NCBI GenBank assembly: GCA_013115125.1
Contig: JABANN010000121.1
Span: 1 to 64,000, forward strand
Direction: 5' to 3'
DNA length: 64,000 bases
Source of the DNA: Perkinsus olseni
Lineage: Eukaryota
Shown here piece by piece: positions 11,852 to 23,605 of the stretch. Within the stretch, counting starts at the first letter, position 1, and every line of letters starts with the position of its first letter. The translations under genes were made by a program, and so were the position numbers. Under the pieces are notes generated by a model. The model saw only the letters and a program-made list of their open reading frames with translations, made no database searches and was not told the DNA's origin.

Positions 11852-14180
11852 ATGACCTACCTGCCGATTGCAGCCGGAAAAGTGGTTATGAAGTTCCGGT
11901 GCCTACTCGAGTCTCGCGCGACCCTGATCCTGGCAACCGGTATAGCTTCAGTTCTTGCTTTTAAGGCCCTCAAGCTGATAAGTCGCTCGAAGGTTCATCT
12001 CCATGACCGCTTCGGCGGACCCAAATGGGTGAGTTTGATGTTTGCTATCTATAATGCTGGTGAGGCGTTCGTATGAGCAATGACAACGAAGGCTCACTAA
12101 AGATTTCAGAAGCTGACCATTCCCTGAGATTTGCTTCTGCCAGTTCCTCCCAGTCTTGGGCTTCTTGCCTAAGTCTCTGGACCACATGCATCGCGCCTTA
12201 GAGATCTTTGCCGATACTTATGGCAGCATTTACTGTGTCAAGTAAGCCGCGCAGTCTATAACGCGCTTGTTAGCTGTGCTTGGCTCAAGACATTGTGAAA
12301 GCAAGTGCCGTCATACTCGGACCGAGTATCAAGAGACTCTCTTGAAGAGAGTCCTCGAGAGAGACCTCTGCCGAGTAACTCGGTGACGGTCTCTCTCGTG
12401 AAGTCGGTAATGTGTCCCTCCCTCTTCAGAGTTACTGGCATGGACGTGGTCGTTCTTTCCGATCCCGACTTAATCAGACAAGTTCTGAAGGAGCGCCCGA
12501 ACAACTTCACCAGATTTGGCAATGAGGACAAAATAATGCCCTTCTCTGGCATGTTCACTGCCGAAGGAGAGGAATGGAAACGCAACAGGCGATTGGGTGC
12601 CCCGGCATTCAACGAAAAGAACTCGACTGCCATGATACCCGACATGTCGAGGGTTGCACTGAAGCTGGTAGGCTTCACCGTCACTGTTCTTTCTGTATGG
12701 TTTTGTGTCAAGGTTCGGCAGCTGAGCTCTCTCGCTCGAGACGGTCGAATTGTTTGGTCTCCTACGGAGTAGATCCCGCTCTGCACCCTCGATGTCCTGT
12801 GTATCACATCATTGGGCAACGACTATAATTTCCTAAACCCTGATGGTAGCTGCTCCGTTTCGGGCTGCAATATAATGGGATCCGGAGAATTGCCTAGGGG
12901 CGTCCGAATGAGTTTCTGCCTCCTCAAGAGGGGCAAGTTCCGTAGGACACCGTGTATACAGGTCCCACAATGATAACCCGGGCATGGCACCTTTTGACGG
13001 TATCCTGCATTTCATTCGCTTATTCAGGTCTCTCTCTCGGTCATCGGTCTCGAGTGGTTCAACAAGCGATCAACGATACAATGGCAGGGTCAGGTTATGC
13101 GGTTACTCTCGGCTATTTCCCCTGGATGACTCGAGATAGATTCCCGTGGAATCTCAATCCCATGATCCATAAGGTGTGGCCACCGTTGTCGACACAGTCA
13201 GGATACGGTTTCCACTCTGTCAGCTACATACGGGGTTGAAACGGCTCAGAGGAAATTGTGATGAGATCATCCGTGAAAGACTGGAAGAACGGCGAGCCGG
13301 AGTACGAGACAAGCGACGGGACCTCTTAGATAAGCTCCTGGACCTTGATCGGGAGGACTTGCTGGGAAATCTCATCACGTAAAACCCTGAACAGCCGGGC
13401 AATGTGGGAATGCTCGTGATTCGGCATTGTCCTCTTCGAACAAGGTGAGCTTCACGAGCGTCATAGCTCACTTCAGGTTCTTCATCGCAGGCAGCGACAC
13501 TTCGGCTATGACCGTCGCCTGGTGTCTCTACTATCTCTGCCTCAACCCTTGTATTCAGAGCGAGGCACGAGCCGAAGTGGATGCGCTCGGCCATGACCCT
13601 GAAACAATGGAGGATCTAAATTTGGTGCCTTACATTGAGTGTTGTGTACTTGAGGCGCTAAGGGTAAGCTCTCATACCGCTCAAACTTTGAAAAGGACGC
13701 TGACTCTGTCAGTTGCAACCCCCGTCTGCGTTCCTCCTTCACGAGTGTATCGCCGATACCTCACTGAATGGAAAGACGGTTCCGCCGGGTACTGTTGTCA
13801 TTACGCTCATACGGAAAGCGATGGTCACGACATCTCAAGGCGGAACAATTTTCAAGTATGCAGACTGATCGTTCCTGCATGGTTTGTTCTTCTGAAATGG
13901 TACGATTGACCTGTTTGTCAGACCGGAGCGTTGGCTAAGCCGTGACGGCTCCGCGGTGGACCGAACTCGCGCTCGCGAGCACCTCGCTTTCGGCGGAGGT
14001 CCCAGGCAGTGCCCGGGGCAGAACATGGCTATTATCGAAGCTACAATCGTCGTGGCTCTAATCCTCAGGCATTTCGACGGCCTTAGACTCCGGAACACTC
14101 CAGAGAATGTTCGTGGGGAGATAAAGCTCACCTATGGGCCGAAAAATCTTGAGCTCGTCATGTCTCAGCGGGATTCCTAG
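11852..14180 (+). pseudogene. Cytochrome P450 copy 2 (multi-exon) with in-frame TAG at 12770-12772
   Basis: Same exon structure as copy 1. WKRNRR, FFIAGSDTSA, EALR, PERW and FGGGPRQCPG are intact, but VWSPTE*IPLC aligns with copy 1 VWSPTDWIPLC. Confidence 0.75.
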
Positions 14181-14782
14181 AGCTTGTTGCCCTGGATTCT
14201 TCTCATTTTTACTTCTATTGGTCATATGGGTCAGTTCAGGCCTGACGAGTAGACTTTTTGAGGGGTTTAAACGATGCAAGAGTTGTGTTCACAGTAAGAC
14301 TCAGTTGCATATATCGTCCCGCACTATCGCCGATAGTCTATCGGTGAAGTGAGGTAACATGGTAAAATTGCCTCTTATAGACCGAGCCGCAGGATGATGC
14401 AATGGTGGCCGTAAGATGGTCACATTGAGGGACACCCTCGCTCATGTGGCGGAGGACCATGCAAGCGGCCCTCTCTGTGGGGACACCCTCGCTCAAGTGA
14501 AACCAGGGTCAAGCGTGGTTACGTGGACCATGCATGGCGCGCACTAGCTTCAAGCCCGCCACGGACATCGACGTAAGCTGCCAGTATCTTGACAGTGTCA
14601 AGCAATTCGTTCGATGCCGAGCGTCCTGGCCATAGACACAATGCCATGGCTCGGCTGGTGAAGTGGTTGGCAACCTCTCTACCTCGCATCATCGCCCAAA
14701 ATTTTCTACGACTATGGCCGTTTTAATCTGGATGCACATCTCTACCCGATAACACGTCCGTAAAGGTACAGAGGAAACCAGG

Positions 14783-17052
14783 TCACTCATCTGAAACGTG
14801 CGTCATCTCAAAGAGTCGGGACACGGAGCGGTCCAGAGCACAACAGCTGGCCTCAAGCACGGCTCCACGTGCCGCGACAGAAATCTCGTCGCCGATCAGT
14901 TCTTCAATCGCATCTGCAGGTACGCGATAACATCATCCAAGCTGTTACGAAGTGTCCGCGCACCTTGCGAGTTCGATATTGGAGCAAAGATCCTTTCCGC
15001 TGTGTTGGACGCTAGAATCCGCACGGGAATACTTTTGTCATACAAGATCTCGACCAATTTTCCGAATCTCCTGCCACTCCCAAGGCCATCAAGCTGGCCG
15101 AAAACCGGAACCTGATCGTAACTCGTCGCCGCGCCAGCTACAAACGAATCTGAGTACGTCTCGAATGAACAAAACTGTGTTGTTGAGTTTGAAGTGGTCA
15201 GCCAGTGCACTGAAGTCAGCTTCGCCACATTCTTTACCACAGAGGGAGTTGAAATCAACAATAACGCCCCTGAGTTGGCTATTGGCCAGCTTGTATTGAC
15301 CACCTCGTAGAGTCCTACGAGAGAAGCTGGTGACTCCGCAGACCCTGGTGAAGTTACCGTGTTGTCGAATGCGGCAAATCGAAGATCCAAGGACCTTGGA
15401 AGAGTTCTCCTTCGATCCGTTCGAAGTCCCCATCGAATTTGGCAGCCACGGACGGGCTCGATGCTGGATGGTAGTAGCGACTGCCAGCCCACTTGCCCGG
15501 AGTGTCGCTGACCTTCCGATAATCAACCTGCGGAGACGACTCGCTATTCTAGATAAGACGGCCCCTTGCCTGTTCTGCGATCTCCTTTTCATCAAGGTTT
15601 ACAACAACGCAGGTTTGTTCCAAAGCACGCAGGAGTGGTGGTATGAAAACATGACGATTGAGGCCTAAAACTCTCCATGATACCACGTCATTGATGAGCA
15701 CACAGGCCCACCTCCGGCGAAGAGCTCGTTAGGCCTCGAGTTCGATGTCATGACAAGAGTCACACCCCTCAGTGACAGAATCTCCAGCACTCTGGGAAGG
15801 ATGGATGCGTCCTGGACGTCCACCACTGCCACCTTACAGAGCACTGAAGCGGTATGAGGCCCGACCCCACGAGATCACCTCATCGAGACAGAGTAGATCT
15901 GTCTCATCAGCGATAGTATTGGCCACTATCTCAACAGGCGTTAGGTCGGGCCATCTGAGAGCCCCCATCACAGCAAGGTTTGTTCGATGAAGGCTTGGTA
16001 CCTATCCCTCGCTACATTTTGCATTCGTTCGTGTATTTCTCTCATGAAATCGAAGAAGTGCTGTCGCTTGTGCCTCAGTGTGAGATCTGAGTCTTCCAGG
16101 ATACTATTATAGAAGGTATCCAACAACATGGTTTTACCACGACCAACAGACCCAAAAAGGTACCTATAGCTAACACTGGAATCGATCTTAAGATGCCAGC
16201 GCCCTCACAGCGAATTTTTCTTGAGCTGCATCAGTTGCACAGCGCTCGGATTCTCGGGCCTCATGTTGTGCGCTGATGACGCTGATGTTTCGTTCGCAGC
16301 TTGGAGGTCTCCAACGCTTTCCGATTGACGGCTTGGTTGTACAGAAGCGAACCTCCCTTCCTTCTCAGCTTTCATCAGGTGAATCTTGGCACCTTTCTCC
16401 AACATCAGCCGACGGTTCTCTGATGAATGACACCATGTCATTGACATGAGACGTCACGAGATGAAAGGAGGAGTCCCGGACATCGGGACACGACTCAGCC
16501 TTCCTAGAGAGCTCCTCCTGGTTCGCATTGTGTACGCCACTACGCTCGCGTATTCATCCAAAGTTCCCAGTTGGTCCTGAGCCCGTCAAATAGGATCAAG
16601 AGCTGTATTCCGCCCTAGTGCTCGCCAGGGGTACGCTTTTTTGGTCTTCAAGAGCCGGCTACGCTGGCGAAGCGCAGCTACAACACTAACTCCGCAGTGG
16701 GTATGAAGAGTTGTGTCCCGAGTTACCAAGGGTGATGCGGTCCAAATACTCGTCCACTGCCAATTCGTTCGTAGCAAACGGCTCGGTAGAGAACGACTTC
16801 GTTGTCTTTATATTTCGCGGCCTAATCCACTGATGACCTCCATCGGGCGATCTGGATTTCAGCCGGAGTCTATTGTAGACCTAACAGGTTCCGCTAAAAC
16901 CACGCCCCCCCAGGGAAGCCGCTAACCTTCTCCAGACGACTCAGGGCGGCCTCTTGCCTGCCGTCTCGAATCAGTAGTCCAGCGTCGACCTTGGCTCCGT
17001 ATCTCGCTGAAATACTCGATATCGAACTGATTGCTCGATATTTGGAGGCCAT
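14783..17052 (-). CDS. AFG1: AFG1/LACE1/ZapE-family AAA+ ATPase (multi-exon)
   Basis: Walker A YLFGSVGRGKTMLLDTFY (~16110-16165), RQHFFDFMREIH, LLCLDE, VMTSNSRPNEL, GLNRHVFIP, RRFGKLVEILYD, C-terminal DRSVSRLFEM. 3' end approximate. Confidence 0.9.
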
Positions 17053-18131
17053 TCGCAAGAGAAGGGAGCAAAGAAACGGACACCACACTTCGGACCTCAC
17101 ACGGTGGAGTTGAAGATTTGACTACCGAATCTGAGACTGTCGCACCCAAGTGGCAAAAACAGGTCATTCAAGTTTTCCAAATGAGAGCAGCTGCAGATAG
17201 CAGCTGTGGCTATCAATTTAACGCCAATTTCATGCTCTCAGAACCTTCAATATCCCTCTCGGTCCTCGGCGGCAAGGAAACCCACCCGCAGAACCCGACC
17301 TATTCAACTCGATGAGCTGTACAATAGACTTTACCGACATAGGTGTGAAGTTAGAAACTAACCTTGGATCGATTCCGTGTTTCGGGATCAATTCAAGGTT
17401 CTGACGTGTGGAATTGAGTCTCAGGATTGGCTCTGAATTTCATGATCTGCTCGTCGAAGTTCAGCAGTTCCAGCCCTGAATTCGGAAATTCACTCTGAGA
17501 ATGTGTTCACGTGAATAGGTTTCAAGCTTCTCACGGTAGCTCCTGCCAGTCTCGTCCCAGTACCGCGAGCCTGATTCCACAACTATGTTAGTACCGTCTC
17601 CTGAGGTTATTCAACAGGCAGAGTGCAAATTCCAAGGCGCATACAAGGGTAAAGTACTCTTTCGAGTGCTAGGAAGCGGCACGGCCACGTGGACCTTACA
17701 GCCGTCTATTTTGTTCCCAAGAGATAGCAAACAGACTACCCCAGTGGTCCTGTTCTCATTGGCGTTTTAACCAGAAATCCGCATCGAAACCCGAGGAGAC
17801 AACCACAGACCCGAGCTGTTAGCCGTGGGATGTAGATCCCCGAAGAGGCTCCCTTGACCCTCTTATTGAGTTTTGTAACTAGCCCATATTCAGCTGCATC
17901 GTTACCCGTAACGCAAGCGTGCTCGACGCGCAACGTTGAGAAACTCCAAGCCTGGCAAGGTTGCGAGCCTTATTACATGCTTTGAAATGCGTTATTTACA
18001 AGACTTTGACTCTGACCGATTCCCAGGGGACGGCCTAGGTGGGATCCTTCATTTCAGACTTGCTCGTTACCTGGCACGCTGTCCACCGGAACAGTGATGG
18101 ATTGATGTTTTAGTTTGTTGGGTTGGCGCTC

Positions 18132-20078
18132 ATGTGCGGCATCTTCGCGTATTTGGGAGACAGGGAGGCACTTCCCTGCCTGATCACGGCTCTTAAGCGG
18201 CTGGAATACAGAGGCTACGACTCGGCCGGGGTCGGGGTTCACAACGGCAAACATATCAACATTTGCAAGAAGATTGGGAAGGTCGTCAACCTCGAGACCG
18301 CTTGTGGTGGTGTCAACAACCCGGAGTACGCCGGTACCATGGGTATTGCTCATACCCGTTGGGCTACTCATGGCGCTCCTACTGATGCCAACGCTCATCC
18401 TCACTTCACCGAGGATCGCAAGGTCGCTGTTGTCCACAATGGTATCATCGAGAACTACGCCAGTCTTCGTGAGGAGCTGATCAACAAGGGGTATCACTTC
18501 ACCTCGGAGACCGATACCGAGCTCCTGGCTCACCTGGTCGCTGATGTCCGCAAGCAGATGGGACCCGACCCCTCATGGTCCGTCATCGTCTCCTGTGCTT
18601 TGAGCCTTGTGACCGGTGCCTACGGTGTGGTCTTCATGTTTGAGGATGAGCCCGACCTTCTCATTGGCGCTCGTAAGGGCTCTCCTCTGATCTTGGGGGT
18701 CGGCGAGGGTGAATACATGCTCGCGTCAGATGGCTCAGCTGTTGTTGAGTACACTAAAGACGTGGTATTCATCCGTGATGGTGAGCTCGTTGAGGTCCGC
18801 AAGTCTGGTTATCGTCTGAGAACGATTGAAGGCATCAGCACTCGGCAAGTATCTATTGACGAAGATGTTACCAACCCTCTGGTTCAGCTTGAGGTGTCTC
18901 TCGAGCAGATCGAGAAGGGCGGGTATCCTCACTTCATGATTAAGGAGATCATGGACCAGCCTAACTGTATTCGTAACACGTGCAGAGGAAGGCTTTATCA
19001 GCCCATGCAAGAACATGATAGCCATCCTCCACCTAAATGGGATATAAGGTTGGGCGGTCTCAACACCAAGGTCCAAGGCACAGAAAAAACTGCCTTGGAG
19101 GCTATCGCTGGTGCCGATCGTATTATCATATGTGCCTGTGGTACTTCGTGGCACTCTGGCCTTATTGGAGAGTACCTCATTGAGTCTCTAGCTCGTATCA
19201 ACGTTGAGGTGGAGTACGCCTCCGAGTTCCGTTATCGTAACCCTCTTCTAACCCCTAAAGACGTCGTTGTTGCTATCTCCCAATCCGGTGAGACTGCTGA
19301 CACTCTGGAGGCTATACGTATAGCCAAGTCGAATGGTGCTTTGTCCATTGGCATCGTCAACTGCGTTGGCTCGACCATTGCCCGTGATACTGACGCTGGC
19401 ATTTACCTTCATGCCGGCCCCGAGATTGGAGTCGCCTCTACCAAGGCCTTCACGTCACAGGTTATGGTGTTGACCCTCTTAGCCTTGAACTTGGCTCGTA
19501 ATCGTGGTACAATCGAGGAGGAGTACTTCTGCATGCTTTGTGAAGAGCTTCATTGCTTCCCAGAGTACATTTCGAGGGTCTTGAAAACCGCGACTCAAAT
19601 CAAGACCATATCGAAGTTCTTCCGGATGGCCCAGAACTTCCTCTTTCTCGGCCGAGGCATCCACTTCCCCGTTGCGTTAGAAGGTGCCTTGAAGTTGAAG
19701 GAGATTTCCTACATTCACGCTGAGGGGTACCCTGCTGCCGAGATGAAGCATGGTCCTATCGCTCTGATTGATCGTCTTATGCCTGTTGTCTGCATCGCTC
19801 CCAAGAGTGATCCAACTTACGATAAGGTTAAGGCCAACATCGAGGAGGTCAAGGCTCGTAATGGAGAACTCATCATCATCACCGAGGAGGGCAACCACGA
19901 TCTGGACAGGTTCGTCAGTGACAAGGAGTACATCATTAGGATTCCTTCTGTGGACGTGAACCTACAGCCTATCATTGCTGTCATACCGCTGCAGCTACTG
20001 TCATACTACATAGCAGACCTCAGGGGCTGCTCTATCGACCAACCACGCAACTTGGCCAAATCCGTCACAGTTGAGTAG
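18132..20078 (+). CDS. glmS: Glutamine--fructose-6-phosphate aminotransferase (GlmS/GFAT) copy 1, intronless
   Basis: MCGI N-terminal nucleophile, RGYDSAG, AHTRWATHG, HNGIIEN, SQSGETADT, ASTKAFT, EGALKLKE, PRNLAKSVTVE. Confidence 0.97.
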   Translation: MCGIFAYLGDREALPCLITALKRLEYRGYDSAGVGVHNGKHINICKKIGKVVNLETACGGVNNPEYAGTMGIAHTRWATHGAPTDANAHPHFTEDRKVAVVHNGIIENYASLREELINKGYHFTSETDTELLAHLVADVRKQMGPDPSWSVIVSCALSLVTGAYGVVFMFEDEPDLLIGARKGSPLILGVGEGEYMLASDGSAVVEYTKDVVFIRDGELVEVRKSGYRLRTIEGISTRQVSIDEDVTNPLVQLEVSLEQIEKGGYPHFMIKEIMDQPNCIRNTCRGRLYQPMQEHDSHPPPKWDIRLGGLNTKVQGTEKTALEAIAGADRIIICACGTSWHSGLIGEYLIESLARINVEVEYASEFRYRNPLLTPKDVVVAISQSGETADTLEAIRIAKSNGALSIGIVNCVGSTIARDTDAGIYLHAGPEIGVASTKAFTSQVMVLTLLALNLARNRGTIEEEYFCMLCEELHCFPEYISRVLKTATQIKTISKFFRMAQNFLFLGRGIHFPVALEGALKLKEISYIHAEGYPAAEMKHGPIALIDRLMPVVCIAPKSDPTYDKVKANIEEVKARNGELIIITEEGNHDLDRFVSDKEYIIRIPSVDVNLQPIIAVIPLQLLSYYIADLRGCSIDQPRNLAKSVTVE

Positions 20079-20559
20079 CGACAATCGTTGAACATCTGGT
20101 ATGCCATCCTGTCATTTTTCATAAGCGTGTGACCTCAATGGTGACATGTCAGTGATAGTCCGCCATATTTCGTATCAAGAAAGTCTCGATTTACAGCGTT
20201 CGGGTCTTGTTGGAAGGGTCGCTCCTTCCCTTCGCCCTTAGAACCTCTATGGCGTCGTGAGCAATGGGAACGGCAAAGACTGGGCTTCGCGTCGAACGAT
20301 CGAAATTTTCCCTCCGTTTGTACATGCGTGCGGGACGGCTGACACGCTTCTAGAGTGGAGAACCTCATCTGGCTCATCCACGGAGTTTACAATGAACGAC
20401 TAGGCTGAGGATACCTGTCTCGGATATCTTTCTCTGATGCGCAAACTTCGCTTCGCTCTTGGTTTTAGGCTAAGGCTAGAAGGACGACAACACAAAAGGA
20501 GACAACCCTCTCGAGACTCAGGTTTTAAGCAGTTCCTAGTGTTTCTCGATCTTTTATCT

Positions 20560-22521
20560 ATGTGCGGCATCTTTGCGTACGTTGGAGACCGACAGGCTCT
20601 TCCTTGCCTTATTAAGGCACTCAAACGCTTGGAATATAGAGGCTATGATTCGGCCGGCGTGGGTATACATAATGGTAAAGAGTTGAAGATCGCCAAGAAG
20701 GTCGGCAAGGTTGCTAACCTCGAGGCTTACTGTGGTGGTGTCAACAACCCGGAGTACGCCGGTACCATGGGTATTGCTCATACCCGTTGGGCTACTCATG
20801 GCGCTCCTACTGATGCCAACGCTCATCCTCACTTCACCGAGGATCGCAAGGTCGCTGTTGTCCACAATGGTATCATCGAGAACTACGCCAGTCTTCGTGA
20901 GGAGCTGATCAACAAGGGGTATCACTTCACCTCGGAGACCGATACCGAGCTCCTGGCTCACCTGGTCGCTGATGTCCGCAAGCAGATGGGACCCGACCCA
21001 TCATGGTCCGTCATCGTCTCCTGTGCTTTGAGCCTTGTGACCGGTGCCTACGGTGTGGTCTTCATGTTTGAGGATGAGCCCGACCTTCTTATTGGCGCTC
21101 GTAAGGGCTCTCCTCTGATCTTGGGTGTCGGCGATGGTGAGTACATGCTTGCCTCTGATGCCTCTGCGGTTGTTGAGTACACTAAGGATGTTGTCTATAT
21201 CCGTGATGGTGAGCTCGTTGAGGTCCGCAGGTCGGGTTACCGTCTCAGAAGCATTGATGCTATTAGCACTCGCCAGGCCTCGGTCGATGAGGATATTCAA
21301 AACAACCCTTTGGTTCAGCTCGAGCTCAATCTCGAGCAGATAGAGAAAGGTGGTTACCCTCATTTTATGCTCAAGGAGATCATGGATCAGCCACACTGTC
21401 TTGAGAACTCTTGCCGTGGACGACTCTACAGAGTCAATTCTGACGACACGACCCACGGCCCCAATGCTATCTCCTCTAAGTGGGGCATCCGCTTGGGTGG
21501 CCTGGACACTACTGTGCGTGGTACCGATCAGACTGCATTGGATGCTATATGCGGTGCCGATCGTATCATCATTTGTGCGTGTGGTACTTCGTGGCACTCT
21601 GGCCTTATTGGAGAGTACCTCATAGAGTCGTTAGCTCGTATCAACGTTGAGGTGGAGTACGCCTCTGAATTCCGTTATCGCAACCCTCTTTTGACTCCGA
21701 AGGATGTCGTCATTGTCATCTCTCAGTCTGGCGAAACCGCAGATACCCTCGAGGCTGTCCGTATCGCCAAGGAGTATGGTGCACTGTCGATCGGTATTGT
21801 GAACACCGTTGGTTCCACCATTGCTCGTGACACTGATGCTGGTATCTACCTCCATGCCGGTCCTGAGATCGGTGTTGCCTCTACTAAGGCCTTCACCTCG
21901 CAGGTTATGGTCCTGACTCTGTTGGCTCTCCGTCTTGCACTTGCCCGCGGTACAATTGATACTGAGTACTTCGATACTCTCTGTGACCAGCTGTCTCATT
22001 ATCCCGAGACCATCCAGCGAGTGCTCAAGCTCAACTCTCAGGTGAAGAATCTTTCGAGGTACTTCAGACTCGCAAGCAACTTCCTCTTTCTCGGTCGCGG
22101 CATCCATTACCCGGTTGCGTTGGAAGGTGCATTGAAGCTGAAGGAGATTTCTTACATTCACGCTGAGGGGTACCCTGCTGCCGAGATGAAGCATGGTCCT
22201 ATCGCCTTGATTGATCGGATGATGCCTGTTGTCTGCATCGCTCCGAAGAGTGATCCAACTTACGATAAGGTTAAGGCCAACATCGAGGAGGTCAAAGCTC
22301 GTAATGGTGATCTGCTGATCATTACCGAGGAGGGTAACCATGACTTGGACAAGTTCGCCGGCGACAAGGACTTCGTCATTCGTGTGCCGACTGTCGATAT
22401 CGTCCTTCAGCCTATTGTTACCACAATACCGTTGCAGATGCTGTCTTATTATGTTGCCGACCTTCGCGGTTGCTCTATTGATCAGCCTCGCAATCTTGCC
22501 AAGTCGGTCACTGTCGAGTAG
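20560..22521 (+). CDS. glmS: GlmS/GFAT copy 2, intronless
   Basis: Same motifs as copy 1. The true start is MCGIFAY at 20560. Confidence 0.97.
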   Translation: MCGIFAYVGDRQALPCLIKALKRLEYRGYDSAGVGIHNGKELKIAKKVGKVANLEAYCGGVNNPEYAGTMGIAHTRWATHGAPTDANAHPHFTEDRKVAVVHNGIIENYASLREELINKGYHFTSETDTELLAHLVADVRKQMGPDPSWSVIVSCALSLVTGAYGVVFMFEDEPDLLIGARKGSPLILGVGDGEYMLASDASAVVEYTKDVVYIRDGELVEVRRSGYRLRSIDAISTRQASVDEDIQNNPLVQLELNLEQIEKGGYPHFMLKEIMDQPHCLENSCRGRLYRVNSDDTTHGPNAISSKWGIRLGGLDTTVRGTDQTALDAICGADRIIICACGTSWHSGLIGEYLIESLARINVEVEYASEFRYRNPLLTPKDVVIVISQSGETADTLEAVRIAKEYGALSIGIVNTVGSTIARDTDAGIYLHAGPEIGVASTKAFTSQVMVLTLLALRLALARGTIDTEYFDTLCDQLSHYPETIQRVLKLNSQVKNLSRYFRLASNFLFLGRGIHYPVALEGALKLKEISYIHAEGYPAAEMKHGPIALIDRMMPVVCIAPKSDPTYDKVKANIEEVKARNGDLLIITEEGNHDLDKFAGDKDFVIRVPTVDIVLQPIVTTIPLQMLSYYVADLRGCSIDQPRNLAKSVTVE

Positions 22522-22842
22522 ACTCGTGATTATTAAGTCGAGCACATTCCTTTTTGTTTTATAGCCTGTCACTATCCGTCGTGTCGTTCTGGCACGTGGG
22601 TGTGACATTGGTAAAGATCGCTATATCGGTCATATTCCTAGATGAAGGCCATCTTGGAATCAGTCTGCCAATAGACGGGCCATAACCTGTCATTTGCTGT
22701 AAACGATAATCATACTATGGTAGCTGCACTATAGACTGTTCGATTAGGTCGTGTTTGTCAATGTTGTCGTGGCGAACACGCTTGGTGATCTGCCTGGAAT
22801 TGGCATGAACTTGTAGGACACGATTATATCGCGGATTTAGCT

Positions 22843-23397
22843 GTGGTAGTTTTGCATCATCCTAGTGGCCTTATGTTCGGCTTCCTGGGAAACCCGTTCG
22901 CCAGAGAGAATGAACTGTCCGAGCAAAGGAGTCGTGTGGGAGGTGTTCCGTATTGGATGGTGGACGCACAAGAAATAATGAGAATGTTCGATGCTGAGCG
23001 CGAGTCTAGTCGACGGCAAGAAGGACTTTTTAACGTGCGACAGTGTCAGCGACTCGGTCGCCACCACGAGGAACCGGGTGAGTCATCCTACCAGTCTCCT
23101 TCATCCTACCTTTTTCACGACCTGTTTCAGGGACGGACGTCAAGCCGAGACAAGATTTCGGCATCCCGAGTTTTGCCGCTGACGAACATCGAGATGACAT
23201 CGAAGGACGAACTGCTTTATACGAACGATTGTGTTCGATTTGGCAAGAGGATTCTTCGGAGCTTTCACGACTGTCTACTCTGCTCGCCAACGCATGACCG
23301 TGTCCAATCAAGTCTTGTTGTGTTACAGAGTCCTTGCGTTTGGTCTCCACTGGAACACGAGCATCGCGCATGGCCCCTAAATACTGCAAGTCGATAA
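22843..23397 (+). pseudogene. Possible degenerate PDCD2/PDCD2L-like N-terminal fragment
   Basis: FGFL...SRVGGVPYW resembles the PDCD2 N-terminal LGF...SKxGGxPxW motif. Downstream VYSA / HDRV / QVLLC pieces lie in shifting frames. Confidence 0.3.
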
Positions 23398-23605
23398 TGA
23401 CAGATCAGTCGTCCGGGGTGAACGAGCCACTATACAGCTCAGCTAATGTATCCGGAGGAGACGCATAGCAACGACACTTACGCAAGCTTAGCTAAAATCA
23501 TGTTGCGCCTCTAACACAAAAGGTGACGCTCCACAGATTGTAGCGGATTCCTACAATTGTAGCTTCAAAAGTTAACCGTACTGTCTCAGTTTATTCCCCT
23601 CACAA

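Noticed and set aside
12271-12289. CTTGGCTCAAG matches the 3' end of the Perkinsus/dinoflagellate spliced leader
   Set aside because: Only 11 nt, inside an intron, not followed by GT; likely chance.
17900-18131. glmS ribozyme upstream of the GFAT genes
   Set aside because: No recognisable conserved core, and the three upstream regions share no sequence.
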